A stretch of DNA of 64,000 nucleotides from Gammaproteobacteria bacterium (GTDB taxonomy: Bacteria; Pseudomonadota; Gammaproteobacteria; Pseudomonadales; Azotimanducaceae): positions 33,022 to 97,021 of the forward strand of contig JABIZD010000017.1 in the NCBI GenBank assembly GCA_018666555.1, read 5' to 3'. Below are positions 1-10,236 of this stretch, one piece after another (the first letter of the stretch is position 1; each line of letters opens with the position of its first letter). Under the pieces are notes generated by a model. The model was not told where the DNA came from, ran no database searches, and saw only the letters and a list, made by a program, of their open reading frames with translations. A program made the position numbers and the translations under genes.

Positions 1-2
1 GC

Positions 3-944
3 TTGATCTCACTGTTTCTGTTTTGCTCATCGCCGGCTTTGGTATTGGCAGGCAATCTGCTATTGCCTGAATTTCCGTTTCCCGGAGCCGAGTTTCAGGA
101 TTGTGATTTTTGTCCTGTGCTGACGGTTGTTCCGGCCGGTAGTTTCATGATGGGTGCAGCGCCTGATGACCAGCAGAAACAAGAAGACGAAGCGCCTAGC
201 CACAGAGTCGATATTGAGAACAGTTACGCTATCGGTAAATTTGAATTGACTCGTGGTGAGTATGAAAAATTTGCTAATGACAGCCAACGCGATAGCGAGG
301 GAGGTTGTTATTTTCGAACTGGGCTAGAGCCGGAACTGGAGATCGCCTTGAGTTGGCGAGACCCCGGTTATCGTCAGGATAACAATCATCCGGCTGTCTG
401 TATCAGTTGGGATGATGCTACCGCCTATGTTAAGTGGCTGAGCAAGGTGACCGGTCAGTCCTATCGTTTGCCGAGTGAAGCAGAGTGGGAGTATGCAGCC
501 CGGGCCGGGACGGTTAGTGAAAGATATTGGGGGATGTCCGCAGATGAAGGCTGTTCATACGCTAACGGGGCGGACCTTACAGGAGAGACGGATATACCAG
601 GTTGGACTGTGGCCAAATGTCATGACGGTCATTCCTTTACGGCTGCTGTTGGTTCACTAAAGGCGAATGATTTTGGGCTTCATGATGTGTTGGGTAATGC
701 AGGTGAGTGGGTAGCAGACTGTTGGAACGAGACATATGAAGGTGCGCCTGATGACGGCACAAGCTGGCGAGACGGGGACTGTGCCATACCGATTCTGCGC
801 GGCGCTTCCTGGCATGACCATCCGAAATTCCTTCGCTCGGCTAACCGATATGGTTTTGGCAGCTATGGTTTTAATTTTGACGGCAGCGCTAAAAGTACAC
901 GTTATTACAATTTTGGCTTTCGTGTGGCCAGAACTATCGACTGA
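3..944 (+). CDS. Formylglycine-generating enzyme (FGE/SUMF1) family protein; 5' end at or beyond the window edge
   Basis: The ORF is open from the window edge. It has a hydrophobic N-terminus (LFLFCSSPALVLA), then FGE-family motifs GSFMMG, HPAVCISWDDA, YRLPSEAEWEYAARAG, RGASW and FGFRVAR. Stop TGA at 942-944. Confidence 0.85.
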   Translation: MISLFLFCSSPALVLAGNLLLPEFPFPGAEFQDCDFCPVLTVVPAGSFMMGAAPDDQQKQEDEAPSHRVDIENSYAIGKFELTRGEYEKFANDSQRDSEGGCYFRTGLEPELEIALSWRDPGYRQDNNHPAVCISWDDATAYVKWLSKVTGQSYRLPSEAEWEYAARAGTVSERYWGMSADEGCSYANGADLTGETDIPGWTVAKCHDGHSFTAAVGSLKANDFGLHDVLGNAGEWVADCWNETYEGAPDDGTSWRDGDCAIPILRGASWHDHPKFLRSANRYGFGSYGFNFDGSAKSTRYYNFGFRVARTID

Positions 945-973
945 AATTTATTTTTACTATTGGAGAAACAGCT

Positions 974-2215
974 TTGGCTAATTTTGGAATTGCAGGTGTT
1001 GATTGGCAGGAAAGGATTAACTGGGAACGATTGCGTACTTATCGCCTAGAAAGCGCTCGTGACAGGATGAAGGCACATGGTCTTGGTGCCATGTTGTGCA
1101 TGTATGACGAAAATGTCCGCTACCTGACAGCTACCATAACGCCAGGCTGGTGCAGGTTGAAACCAGGACTGCGTTATGCCCTGCTGTGTGGTGATGGTCT
1201 GCCCGTCTTGTTTGAACAAGGTGATATCGGCGTGCAGATTAATCGACATTGTCCCTGGCTTCCTGAAGAGAATATTCGTTATTCCTATGCCTGGATCAAA
1301 GGTGCCGCCGGGCCTGCCGCTGAGGAACAGGTGAGAAAATTCACCAAAGCAATCCTCGAAGAAATGCAGCGCCATGGTGTGGCCGGTGAAAAGTTAGGAG
1401 TGGACTTTGTTGATATCAATATGATGGGAGCTTTCGAGCAATCAGGTATCACCTGGCAGGATGGTATGAGCGCCATGATGGAGGCTCGAGCCATAAAAAA
1501 TCAGGATGAGCAGGAATGCATGCGCATGGTCGGTGCCATTGGTGATGCTGCTCACTGGCAGACCATGAAGTTCCTTGAGCCGGGAGTTACTGAAAACCAG
1601 GTTACCGCTCATATAATGGAATATCTGTATTCCTTCCCTGGTATGGAGGATGTAGAAGATGTCATTGTTTCTTCAGGCCCTAATACCTGGCCTAATTGGC
1701 GTAACTTTTCTGACCGAATTATTCTACCCGGTGATATTACCTTCATGGACCTGGCTGCGTTAACCTGGAATGGATATAAATCCTGTTATTACCGCACCTA
1801 CTGTGTTGGCCGGCAGCCAACTCAGGAAATGAAGGATTATTACTCGATGGCATTAGAGTGGCTTTACGATTCGATCGATGCTGTTAAGGCAGGTACGACT
1901 ACTCGCGAAATTGCTGAAAAATGGCCTTCTGCTAAAGAAATTTGGGGCTATGAAGAGGAAGACCAGGCAGCCGCTAACCTGTGGGGCCATGGCCTCGGTT
2001 TAGCACAATATGATCCGCCGGTTATATCGCGTATATGGTCGCTTGACCATCCCATTGAAATAAAGCCAGGGATGGTTTTTGCACTTGAAACGCAACACGG
2101 CAAGCCACTTGAATTTGGCGTTCGAATCGAGGAAATGTTGATTGTCCATGAAGACAGGACCGAGATAATTTCTAACTTCCCGGTTGAGGAAATTACGGTT
2201 GTGGATCCTATATGA
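974..2215 (+). CDS. M24-fold hydrolase (creatinase/prolidase/DddP-like)
   Basis: 413-aa ORF with a TTG start at 974, 7 nt after GGAGA (962-966). The N-terminal creatinase/prolidase-like region is followed by pita-bread motifs GDITFMDLA, GHGLGL, GMVFALETQ and RIEEMLIV. Where GYxSD is expected the sequence reads GYKSCYY, so one canonical metal-binding Asp may be substituted. Confidence 0.75.
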   Translation: MANFGIAGVDWQERINWERLRTYRLESARDRMKAHGLGAMLCMYDENVRYLTATITPGWCRLKPGLRYALLCGDGLPVLFEQGDIGVQINRHCPWLPEENIRYSYAWIKGAAGPAAEEQVRKFTKAILEEMQRHGVAGEKLGVDFVDINMMGAFEQSGITWQDGMSAMMEARAIKNQDEQECMRMVGAIGDAAHWQTMKFLEPGVTENQVTAHIMEYLYSFPGMEDVEDVIVSSGPNTWPNWRNFSDRIILPGDITFMDLAALTWNGYKSCYYRTYCVGRQPTQEMKDYYSMALEWLYDSIDAVKAGTTTREIAEKWPSAKEIWGYEEEDQAAANLWGHGLGLAQYDPPVISRIWSLDHPIEIKPGMVFALETQHGKPLEFGVRIEEMLIVHEDRTEIISNFPVEEITVVDPI

Positions 2216-2238
2216 GGTTATCAGGCGGGAGCTGAATA

Positions 2239-3519
2239 ATGGCTGGTTTTATTGAAAATCTTAGATCAGAGCGTTCAACCAATGCTGCGCGCTTCGGTTC
2301 CAAAGCAGCCAATCAGGCTATGTTGGGACAGGCTGGTCTGCCCATACCTGAGGGTTTTTGTTTAGATGCTGGGGCCTATCGAAAGCAGCTTGCTTCGATT
2401 GGCCTGGCCAATCTTGCCGAGCGTGTCGCAGCGCTGTCAGGTGAGGAGGAACGGCAGGCCGTATCGGAGATAAGGATCGGTCTTTTTGATAGCCCGATAA
2501 CGCCTGAGGTTGAGACGCCTCTGTTGCAAGCCTGGAGTGAACTATGTCAATCGACAGGCTCAACAATCGTCGTTAGGTCATCTGCATTGTCGGAGGATCT
2601 GGCAGACAGTACTTTTGCAGGTCAGTACGAAACTTTTCTAGGACTTACTACCGAGGCTGAGTTTCTGACGGCGGTTCGAGCTTGCTGGGCCGCTCTCTGG
2701 TCGCCGCGGGCGTTACGCTACATGGAAAGCCGAGACCTGAGCACCAAAGATATGGCGATGTCGTTGTGCATTCAGGAACTGGTAGGTGGAGAGATTTCAG
2801 GTGGCGGTATGAGTCGTATGACTGATGGAAATATGTCGATTAGTTCCTCGTTAGGGCTCGGTACGGCAATTGCCCAGGGAGAAATTGTACCGGATAGGTA
2901 TATCCTGAGTGCCGACAACGAGTGGCTCGAAACCATCCCTGGTCGGACCGGCCATCAGGAAAACTGTTCGCTGCATTCGCCGACCAGTGGTTCAAGAAAG
3001 GCGCCGATGGTTCAGCAACCCTGCTTGAGCCAGGCGCAGGCTGTTGAACTTGGACATCTACTGAAACTTGCTGAAAAGCAGATGGGTTTTCCGGTGGAAA
3101 TAGAGTGGACCGGCAACAAACAGAAAATCTGGTTGCTACAGGCGCGTCCATTACAAATGATCGCCAGTGTGCCGCAACATGAAACTGCTTTGAAACAGTC
3201 TGGCTTGCGCGGCCAACCTTCAGGAACTGGTTGGGCCTCAGGGCGGGCTTGCGTTATTAATTGTGAATGTGAACTGGCCCGGGTTGCACCCGGTGATGTG
3301 CTGGTCACGCAGGTAGCCAGTCCTTCTTTGAGTCAGGTATTACCCCGTGTAGCAGGCGTTATCGCGGAGTTGGGTGGAAGCACGTCGCATCTGGCATCGC
3401 TGGCAAGAGAGCGTCAGATTCCGATGGTGCTAGGTGTGCTTGGTGCAACGCAGAGGATTCCTGATGGCGTTGATGTCAGCGTTGACGGTGTTATTGGCCA
3501 GGTAAGCTGGAGTAGCTAG
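2239..3519 (+). CDS. PEP/pyruvate-binding (PPDK-N, ATP-grasp) domain plus PEP-utilising phosphohistidine swivel domain protein
   Basis: 426-aa ORF. The N-terminus FGSKAANQAMLGQAGLPIPEGF is typical of the PPDK-N / PEP synthase nucleotide-binding domain. The C-terminus GDVLVT...GGSTSHLASLARERQIPMV is the mobile His domain. No C-terminal PEP/pyruvate TIM-barrel domain is present. Confidence 0.8.
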   Translation: MAGFIENLRSERSTNAARFGSKAANQAMLGQAGLPIPEGFCLDAGAYRKQLASIGLANLAERVAALSGEEERQAVSEIRIGLFDSPITPEVETPLLQAWSELCQSTGSTIVVRSSALSEDLADSTFAGQYETFLGLTTEAEFLTAVRACWAALWSPRALRYMESRDLSTKDMAMSLCIQELVGGEISGGGMSRMTDGNMSISSSLGLGTAIAQGEIVPDRYILSADNEWLETIPGRTGHQENCSLHSPTSGSRKAPMVQQPCLSQAQAVELGHLLKLAEKQMGFPVEIEWTGNKQKIWLLQARPLQMIASVPQHETALKQSGLRGQPSGTGWASGRACVINCECELARVAPGDVLVTQVASPSLSQVLPRVAGVIAELGGSTSHLASLARERQIPMVLGVLGATQRIPDGVDVSVDGVIGQVSWSS

Positions 3520-3586
3520 CTGGCTTGTAAATGATATAATGATATGTTTATATAACATATTAATTCAATTAAGTGATAGAGATAAA

Positions 3587-4798
3587 ATGACTGATTCTCA
3601 CCCTGAAAAGAAAGCAAAAGGCCCTCTCACTGACCTAAGGGTTATCGAGCTTGGGCAGTTAATTGCGGGCCCGTTTTGCGGCCAGTTAATGGCGGATATG
3701 GGTGCTGACGTCATCAAGATTGAGCCACCGGAAATCGGTGATCCAATGCGGGTCTGGGGTCGAGGGGATTATCCACTTTGGTGGACAGTCTGTGCCCGCA
3801 ATAAACGCTGTGTTACCGCTAACCTTCGTGAACCCGAAGGACAGGACCTGGCCCGAAAACTGATCGCCCAGGCTGACATGGTTCTGGAAAATTTCAGGCC
3901 TGGAACAATGGAACGCTGGGGCTTGGGTTACGAGGAACTCTCGAAGGAGAACCCAGGTTTAATCATGGTCCGGGTGTCCGGATATGGGCAGTCAGGACCG
4001 CACTCCGGTCGCGCGGGATATGCCTCTATCGGCGAAGCGCTAGGTGGTATGCGTTACCTTTGTGGAGAGCCGGATAGACGGCCCAGCAGAACAGGCTTGT
4101 CGATGGGCGATTCAATCGCAGCTACTTTCGCTTGTACAGGCGCACTTGCTGCCTTGCATCATCGTGAAAAAACTGGTGAAGGGCAGGTGATAGATGCGTC
4201 GATATTCGAATCGGTGCTGAATGTCATGGAAGCAACCATCCCCGAATATACTGTCAGTGATTACATCAGGAAACGATCGGGCGCTACCTTGCCCAATGTG
4301 GCCCCTTCTAATATTTATAGCTGTAAAGATGGCGAATTTTTAATTGCAGCAAACCAGGATACTGTGTTTGCTCGGTTGTGCGGCGTGATTGGTCAGCCCG
4401 AACTAGCGCAGGATGAAAGGTTCAGTACCCACACGGCAAGGGGTTTAAATGCGGTTGAACTCGACGGCATCATTGATGACTGGACACAAACCAAGACCAT
4501 CGCCGAGGTAGATCAATTGATGGAGGCCAGTGCAGTGCCTGCAGGCGGCCTTTACAGGGCCCCTGAGATGCTGAAAGACCCCCATTTCATTGCCCGAGAG
4601 GCCATTATTGATACACCTACCGAGCAGTGGCCAGATCTGAAAATGCAAAACGTATTTCCTAAGATGTCTAAAACCCAGGGCGAAGTGCGCTGGACTGGAC
4701 CCCAGACACTGGGTGAACACAATGAGAATGTATACACCTCTCTGCTTGGGCTCAGCAAAGCAGAACTCGCAGAACTAAAAAATAAATCGATTATTTAA
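3587..4798 (+). CDS. Family III CoA-transferase (CaiB/BaiF type), single domain
   Basis: Motifs LRVIELGQLIAGPFCGQLMADMGADVIKIEPP and GDSIAATFACTGALAALHHREKTGEGQVID. I prefer the in-frame ATG at 3587 (MTDSHPEKK) to the ORF-track start at 3539, whose extra 16 aa are encoded by AT-rich intergenic-looking sequence. Confidence 0.9.
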   Translation: MTDSHPEKKAKGPLTDLRVIELGQLIAGPFCGQLMADMGADVIKIEPPEIGDPMRVWGRGDYPLWWTVCARNKRCVTANLREPEGQDLARKLIAQADMVLENFRPGTMERWGLGYEELSKENPGLIMVRVSGYGQSGPHSGRAGYASIGEALGGMRYLCGEPDRRPSRTGLSMGDSIAATFACTGALAALHHREKTGEGQVIDASIFESVLNVMEATIPEYTVSDYIRKRSGATLPNVAPSNIYSCKDGEFLIAANQDTVFARLCGVIGQPELAQDERFSTHTARGLNAVELDGIIDDWTQTKTIAEVDQLMEASAVPAGGLYRAPEMLKDPHFIAREAIIDTPTEQWPDLKMQNVFPKMSKTQGEVRWTGPQTLGEHNENVYTSLLGLSKAELAELKNKSII

Positions 4799-4810
4799 AG
4801 GACAGCATAG

Positions 4811-6871
4811 ATGACATTTCGGCTAGGAGTTGATGTTGGCGGCACATTCACCGATTTACTGTTGGTTGATGAATCTTCGGGACAAACTTACATGGCTAAG
4901 GTCCCGTCGACACCGGAAGATTCTTCGATTGGAGTATTAAACGGTATCGATCGCATTTGCGATGAGTCTGATATTGATACAAAGCAAGTAAGTCAGGTCA
5001 TGCACGGCACGACGGTTGCCACCAATGCGGTTTTGACCCGAAAGGGTGCAAAAGTAGGCCTGATAACCACCAAAGGCTACCGCCAGGTGCTGCAGGTAGC
5101 GCGTTCGTTTTGTCCCGGTGGTCTAGGTGGTTGGGTCAGTTATATGAAGGCGCCGATATTGGCTCCGCTTGAACTCACCATAGAAGCAGACGAGCGTCTT
5201 GACGCAGAAGGCAATGTAATCAAGGAACTCGACGTTACAACATTACGTCAGGATCTGAAGCGATTGGCTGACACTGGAGAAGTTGAGGCTTTAACCGTGT
5301 GCCTGTTGAACTCCTACGTCAATGGCAGTCACGAGGAAGAGGTTAGAGCGGTTGCTACAGAATTCTTTGCAGATATTCCCATTTCTATCAGTTCTGAGGT
5401 TGTTCCGGAAATGCAGGAATATGAGCGTGCTGAGACGACTGTGGTTAATTCCTATGTTCGCCCTCAGGTATCCAAATATGTAGAAAACCTGCAATCCTCT
5501 CTTGAAGAACGCCTGCGTGACGATGTCAAACTGGCGATTCTTCGTTCTGATGGCGGCTTGGCCTCGGCTCGAGCATCAGGTGAATCACCTGTGAATATGC
5601 TTTTGTCCGGACCTGCCGGCGGCGTTGCTGGAGCCATGTATTTTTGCAAGCGCGGAGGATTTGAAAATATTCTGACATTTGACATGGGAGGGACCTCAAC
5701 GGACGTCGCTCTCATGCAGGATGGTAATGCCAGAATTCGTCGTGAAACGAAGGTTGGCGACATCACGGTTCGCGCACCTTCAGTTGATGTGCGTACGATT
5801 GGTGCAGGTGGTGGCTCGATTGCATTTGTTCCAGAATTGACCAGGGCGCTTCGGGTTGGCCCGGATTCCGCTGGTGCAGACCCCGGACCGGCAGCCTATA
5901 TGAAGGGCGGCGATAAACCGACCGTCTGTGACGCCAACGTTGTACTCGGGTATCTGCCGTCGGACGTCAAACTCGGTGGCGCAATGACGATTAACAAGGA
6001 AGCTGCTACCAAGGCCGTGCAGACACTCGCAGATGCGATGGGTATTGAGCTGATGGCCGCGGCCGAAGGTATTGTCAAAATCGTTAATGAGTCGATGCTC
6101 GGTGCGCTCAGGCTAGTGTCAGTAGAACAAGGATATGATCCACGCGATTTTGCAATGGTTGGCTTTGGTGGTGCTGGACCACTGCATGCCAATGCATTAG
6201 GCATATTGTGTGGTTCGTGGCCAGTCATCGTACCGCCCGGACCAGGCGTGTTGTGTGCCTATGGTGATGCTACCACCCAGGTTCAGGATGAAGCATCGCG
6301 TACCTACGTGACTCGAGTTGACTCCATTTCTGCTGAGGATCTTATTGCAGAGTTAGAGCAGCTTCGGCAACGGGCTACAGAATCTTTTAAGACCGATGGT
6401 ATTAGTGAGTCTGAGTTAGAGATCTCTTATCAAGCCGACTTTCGCTACGCAGGACAAGCATTCCAATTGTCCCTCGGCGTGACCATCGACCAACTTCGAC
6501 GGGATGGTCTTGGCGCGTTAACAGATGATTTTGATCGTCAGCATGAACAGTTATTCACGTTTGCCCATGGCAAGGATCACGAAATTGTCATAATCAGAGC
6601 AGTGGTCAAGGCAAAAAGCAGTTTAACAGCTGATTTGACCGAAGTTAGTGAGCAGAAAACTGACCTTGCTGCTGCCGTGCTGCACAGTACCGAGGTCTAT
6701 GTAGATGAGAACTGGCACGACGCGACCATTTATGACCGAAGCAAACTGGGTACCGGCACGGTTGTTCCAGGCCCGGCTATTGTTGTTGAGATGGATTCAA
6801 CCACATTGATTCTGCCCGCTCACGCTGCCACCGTTGATAAGGTCGGTAATCTTTTAATTAATCCTGCATAA
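4811..6871 (+). CDS. hyuA: Hydantoinase/oxoprolinase A-type subunit (HyuA family, ATP-dependent)
   Basis: 686-aa ORF. The N-terminus RLGVDVGGTFTDLLL and the internal FDMGGTSTDV are hallmark ASKHA-type motifs of HyuA / oxoprolinase / acetone carboxylase beta-like proteins. It starts 13 nt after the upstream gene. Confidence 0.9.
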   Translation: MTFRLGVDVGGTFTDLLLVDESSGQTYMAKVPSTPEDSSIGVLNGIDRICDESDIDTKQVSQVMHGTTVATNAVLTRKGAKVGLITTKGYRQVLQVARSFCPGGLGGWVSYMKAPILAPLELTIEADERLDAEGNVIKELDVTTLRQDLKRLADTGEVEALTVCLLNSYVNGSHEEEVRAVATEFFADIPISISSEVVPEMQEYERAETTVVNSYVRPQVSKYVENLQSSLEERLRDDVKLAILRSDGGLASARASGESPVNMLLSGPAGGVAGAMYFCKRGGFENILTFDMGGTSTDVALMQDGNARIRRETKVGDITVRAPSVDVRTIGAGGGSIAFVPELTRALRVGPDSAGADPGPAAYMKGGDKPTVCDANVVLGYLPSDVKLGGAMTINKEAATKAVQTLADAMGIELMAAAEGIVKIVNESMLGALRLVSVEQGYDPRDFAMVGFGGAGPLHANALGILCGSWPVIVPPGPGVLCAYGDATTQVQDEASRTYVTRVDSISAEDLIAELEQLRQRATESFKTDGISESELEISYQADFRYAGQAFQLSLGVTIDQLRRDGLGALTDDFDRQHEQLFTFAHGKDHEIVIIRAVVKAKSSLTADLTEVSEQKTDLAAAVLHSTEVYVDENWHDATIYDRSKLGTGTVVPGPAIVVEMDSTTLILPAHAATVDKVGNLLINPA

Positions 6872-6885
6872 CTGGGAGTTCTTTA

Positions 6886-8739
6886 ATGACAGCAACTATT
6901 GTTGAGACAAACTCTAAGCCCTTCGAATCAATTGATGTTGATACCGTCACTGTTGATATTATCGAGAATGCGCTTAGAAACGTGCGGGTAGAAATGGATG
7001 CGGTATTGTTTCGTACTGCTATGAGCCCGGGAATTCGCGAGCAGGGCGACTGTTTTCCGATGGTCGCCAACCGTGATGGCAAAATGGTCGTTGGCCAGTT
7101 TGGTTCATTTATCCGCGGTTTTATGGAGGCTTATGATGGGGAAATAGAGGAAGGCGATATTATCCTGACCAATGATCCCTATATGTGTAATGGAGCTGTC
7201 TCGCATTTACCGGATTGGATCATACTGGTGCCTATCTTTAAGGACGGGCGTCATTTAGCTTGGGCGGCGATGTTCGGTCACATGTCCGATAATGGAGGTA
7301 TGGTACCTGGGTCGATTCCGATAAGGGCAGAAACTATTTACCAGGAAGGCATTCGGATTCCACCAACCAAATTGTATAAAAAGGGTGTACTTCAATCTGA
7401 CGTGCTTGAATTAATTTTACACAATGTGCGTACTTCAGAATGGAATCGTTTTGATCTCAATGCCCTGGTTGCTGCGTGCCGAACCGCCAGTAAGCGATGT
7501 GTTGAAATAGCAGAACGTTTTGGTGACGATACCTTTTACACGACTATGCAGACGATGCTGGATAGAAATTTGGAAGCCATGCGATCGATCATTAATATGA
7601 TCGTTCCGGAAGAGCCCAGCTATTTTGAAGACTTCATTTGTGACGATGGTGTTGGTAAGGGGCCATACAAGATAGCCTGTAAGCTTTGGCGAGAGGGTGA
7701 TGTAGCAATTTTTGACTTTGAGGGCACTGACCCGCAGGCAAAGAGCTCGGTCAACTTTTACCTTAACGAAGATATGTTCAAGATGTTTTTCGGCTCGTTC
7801 ACGATTAATCTGTTCGATCCACATATTCTCTTCAATGATGGTTTCTATGAACTTGTTGAGGTGCGTATCCCTGACGGCAGCCTATTGAAGCCCAAATTCC
7901 CAGCGGCACTGTCAGGAAGAACCCACGCACTGGGTCGCATATTTGATGTCATGGGTGGTTTATTAGGCCAGGGCGCGCCCGAGGCCATGAATGCTGCTGG
8001 TTTTTCTGATAGCCCGCACTTATTTTTCTCTGGCTACGACAAACAGGGAAAGTGGTTCCAGTTGTTCCAGATTGGTTTTGGCGGTATTCCCGGTCGACCG
8101 GTGGGTGATGGCCCGGATGGACATTCGCTTTGGCCAGGGTTTACTAACGTGCCTAATGAATTTATCGAAGCCTATTTTCCTCTGCGCGTAATTAGGTATG
8201 AACCCATTGCTGATTCAGGAGGAGCGGGTCTGCACAGAGGTGGTAATGGACTGACCGTTGCCTATGAATTCCTGGTTGATGGCCATATCGGTATCCATGA
8301 CGATCGTTGGTTAACCTATCCTTGGGGAGTTCAGGGTGGTGATCCCGGTATGCGTTCCAGCAAATTGTTAGTACGCGCCAATGGTGATGAGCAATGGCTG
8401 CCTGCAAAATGCGATGAAGTCACCGTAAAACAGGGCGATGTATTGCATTTTAATACCTGGGGCGGTGGTGGCTGGGGAGACCCACTGCAACGAGACGCTG
8501 CTCTAGTCAAAGTCGATGTGGATAGGGGGCTTGTTTCTAGGGAGGGTGCGGGTCGTTATGGTGTCGTTATTGACGATAACGGTAATGTTGACGCGGCAGC
8601 GACTGAATCTTTACGGGATTCCATGCGCGAGCAACAGGTTGATACCGGACTCTTCAATTACGGTGGCAGCATAGAAGAGCTCAAGGCACGGTCTCTTGAG
8701 GAAACCCATCTGGAAGCACCGACAACACCTACTTTTTGA
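6886..8739 (+). CDS. hyuB: Hydantoinase B/oxoprolinase subunit (HyuB family)
   Basis: 617-aa ORF starting 15 nt after hyuA. The N-terminus DTVTVDIIENALRNVRVEMDAVLFRTAMSPGIREQGD and the C-terminal GGGGWGDP are typical of the HyuB family. Confidence 0.9.
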   Translation: MTATIVETNSKPFESIDVDTVTVDIIENALRNVRVEMDAVLFRTAMSPGIREQGDCFPMVANRDGKMVVGQFGSFIRGFMEAYDGEIEEGDIILTNDPYMCNGAVSHLPDWIILVPIFKDGRHLAWAAMFGHMSDNGGMVPGSIPIRAETIYQEGIRIPPTKLYKKGVLQSDVLELILHNVRTSEWNRFDLNALVAACRTASKRCVEIAERFGDDTFYTTMQTMLDRNLEAMRSIINMIVPEEPSYFEDFICDDGVGKGPYKIACKLWREGDVAIFDFEGTDPQAKSSVNFYLNEDMFKMFFGSFTINLFDPHILFNDGFYELVEVRIPDGSLLKPKFPAALSGRTHALGRIFDVMGGLLGQGAPEAMNAAGFSDSPHLFFSGYDKQGKWFQLFQIGFGGIPGRPVGDGPDGHSLWPGFTNVPNEFIEAYFPLRVIRYEPIADSGGAGLHRGGNGLTVAYEFLVDGHIGIHDDRWLTYPWGVQGGDPGMRSSKLLVRANGDEQWLPAKCDEVTVKQGDVLHFNTWGGGGWGDPLQRDAALVKVDVDRGLVSREGAGRYGVVIDDNGNVDAAATESLRDSMREQQVDTGLFNYGGSIEELKARSLEETHLEAPTTPTF

Positions 8740-8779
8740 TCGTTTAGGCTCTCAGGGCTAATCGTTTTGCCGGAGTCAC

Positions 8780-9553
8780 ATGGACGAGTTATTAGTTAGG
8801 TTGAGGTCTGAATGGTTGTCTGCTCAATACGGTGTGTTGGAGCGAGTACCCCTATATCACCAGATATATTCGACCCTGAAAGCTTCTATTCTGGACGGCT
8901 CGATTTCATATGAAAGTCAGATGCCGACTGAAAACCAGATCGTTAATGCTTTCGATGTGTCGCGAATTACTGCCAAACGCGCAATGGATGAGCTTGCAGC
9001 CGATAAACTGATTATAAGAACGCGGGGCAAGGGCTCGCATGTAGTTTATCGCTTTAGTGCCAAACCCGTTCGCGCTCCGCTCATTGGTACGCTGGAAAGT
9101 CTTATTGATATGAGCGAACACAGTATTGTCAGGGTCGTATCGGTTGAGCAGGACGTGCCGCCTGTGGATATCGGCAAGAGATTAGCACTATCCGAATCTG
9201 AGCAGGCGCATAAAGTGATTCGGGTCAGTAGTAATGAAGACAGAGAACCTTATGCTTATTATGTTAGCTGGACTATTGGAATTGAGAGCGGTTATTCCAA
9301 ACAACATCTTGAAACCAAACCTCGCCTAGAGCTTCTGCGAGGCAATGGAATTGTTTTGACTGAAATGCACCAGAAGCTGAGTGCGATCAATGCACCACCG
9401 GAGATAGCCAGGGAGCTGGATATTTCTCAAGGGGCCGCATTACTTGCTGTTCGGCGCCTGGGTTGTATCAGTGATGGAACCGTGGTCGATATATTAGACG
9501 GTTTTTATGACCCCCAGCGCTATCAGTACGCCATGGTAATGAGTGTTGACTGA
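8780..9553 (+). CDS. GntR family transcriptional regulator (HutC/UTRA subfamily)
   Basis: Winged helix-turn-helix MPTENQIVNAFDVSRITAKRAMDELAADKLIIRTRGKGSHV plus a UTRA-sized C-terminal domain. GGAG at 8772-8775 precedes the ATG at 8780. Confidence 0.85.
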   Translation: MDELLVRLRSEWLSAQYGVLERVPLYHQIYSTLKASILDGSISYESQMPTENQIVNAFDVSRITAKRAMDELAADKLIIRTRGKGSHVVYRFSAKPVRAPLIGTLESLIDMSEHSIVRVVSVEQDVPPVDIGKRLALSESEQAHKVIRVSSNEDREPYAYYVSWTIGIESGYSKQHLETKPRLELLRGNGIVLTEMHQKLSAINAPPEIARELDISQGAALLAVRRLGCISDGTVVDILDGFYDPQRYQYAMVMSVD

Positions 9554-9570
9554 GGCCGGCTGTAAGGCAA

Positions 9571-10236
9571 ATGGGAATAGCGAAGGAGAGTGTGGGCTTG
9601 ACTGAGGATCTGAAAACCAACTATTCGCTTTATGATGGCCGGCTTGGATTTGGAAATCGGCCTGCGCTTATACTGGTCGATTTTGTCAGGGCTTATTTTG
9701 ATGAGCAGTGCGAAATGTATGCAGGAGTTGAAAACGAACTGGCTTCTGCCCTTCGAATTCGTGATGTAGCGCGTAGGGCAGGCATTCCGATTGTCTATAC
9801 TAATGTGGTTTATGAGTTAGATGGTAGTGATGGTGGCGTATTCTACCGCAAGGCACCGGTGCTCAAGAATTTTGTAAAGGGTAATCCCATGGGAGAATGG
9901 CCAGAAGGTTTGCGTCCGGCCAGCGGTGAACCAATCATCTCCAAACAGTATCCGAGTGCGTTTTTTGGTACGCAATTGTCAACCCTGTTAACCGAACAAG
10001 ACGTGGATACCTTAATCATTACCGGTTTGACTACCAGCGGATGTGTTCGGGCCACTTGTGTCGATACGATGTGTAACGGGTTCATTCCCATAGTGGTCGC
10101 TGAAGCCTGTGGTGACCGGCATGTTGACCCTCATGAGGCCAGTCTTTTTGATATGAATGCCAAGTATGCTGATGTCGTTAGTGAGACTTCAGCCTGTGAA
10201 TACCTACAGAAATTTGTTGAGGAACTAAAGTCATGA
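9571..10236 (+). CDS. Isochorismatase-fold cysteine hydrolase (N-carbamoylsarcosine amidase-like)
   Basis: ALILVDFV near the N-terminus and the nucleophile motif LIITGLTTSGCVRATCVD. The stop overlaps the next start in an ATGA (10233-10236). Confidence 0.85.
   Translation: MGIAKESVGLTEDLKTNYSLYDGRLGFGNRPALILVDFVRAYFDEQCEMYAGVENELASALRIRDVARRAGIPIVYTNVVYELDGSDGGVFYRKAPVLKNFVKGNPMGEWPEGLRPASGEPIISKQYPSAFFGTQLSTLLTEQDVDTLIITGLTTSGCVRATCVDTMCNGFIPIVVAEACGDRHVDPHEASLFDMNAKYADVVSETSACEYLQKFVEELKS

Noticed and set aside
974-2215. Naming the M24 protein DddP and the two tandem CaiB proteins (20938-23259, 49722-52178) DddD, which would make this a DMSP catabolic island.
   Set aside because: Only the fold and architecture match. 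There is no BCCT-type DddT transporter and no dddB/C-like or acuI-like gene nearby. I cannot verify orthology without alignments, so I report architecture only.
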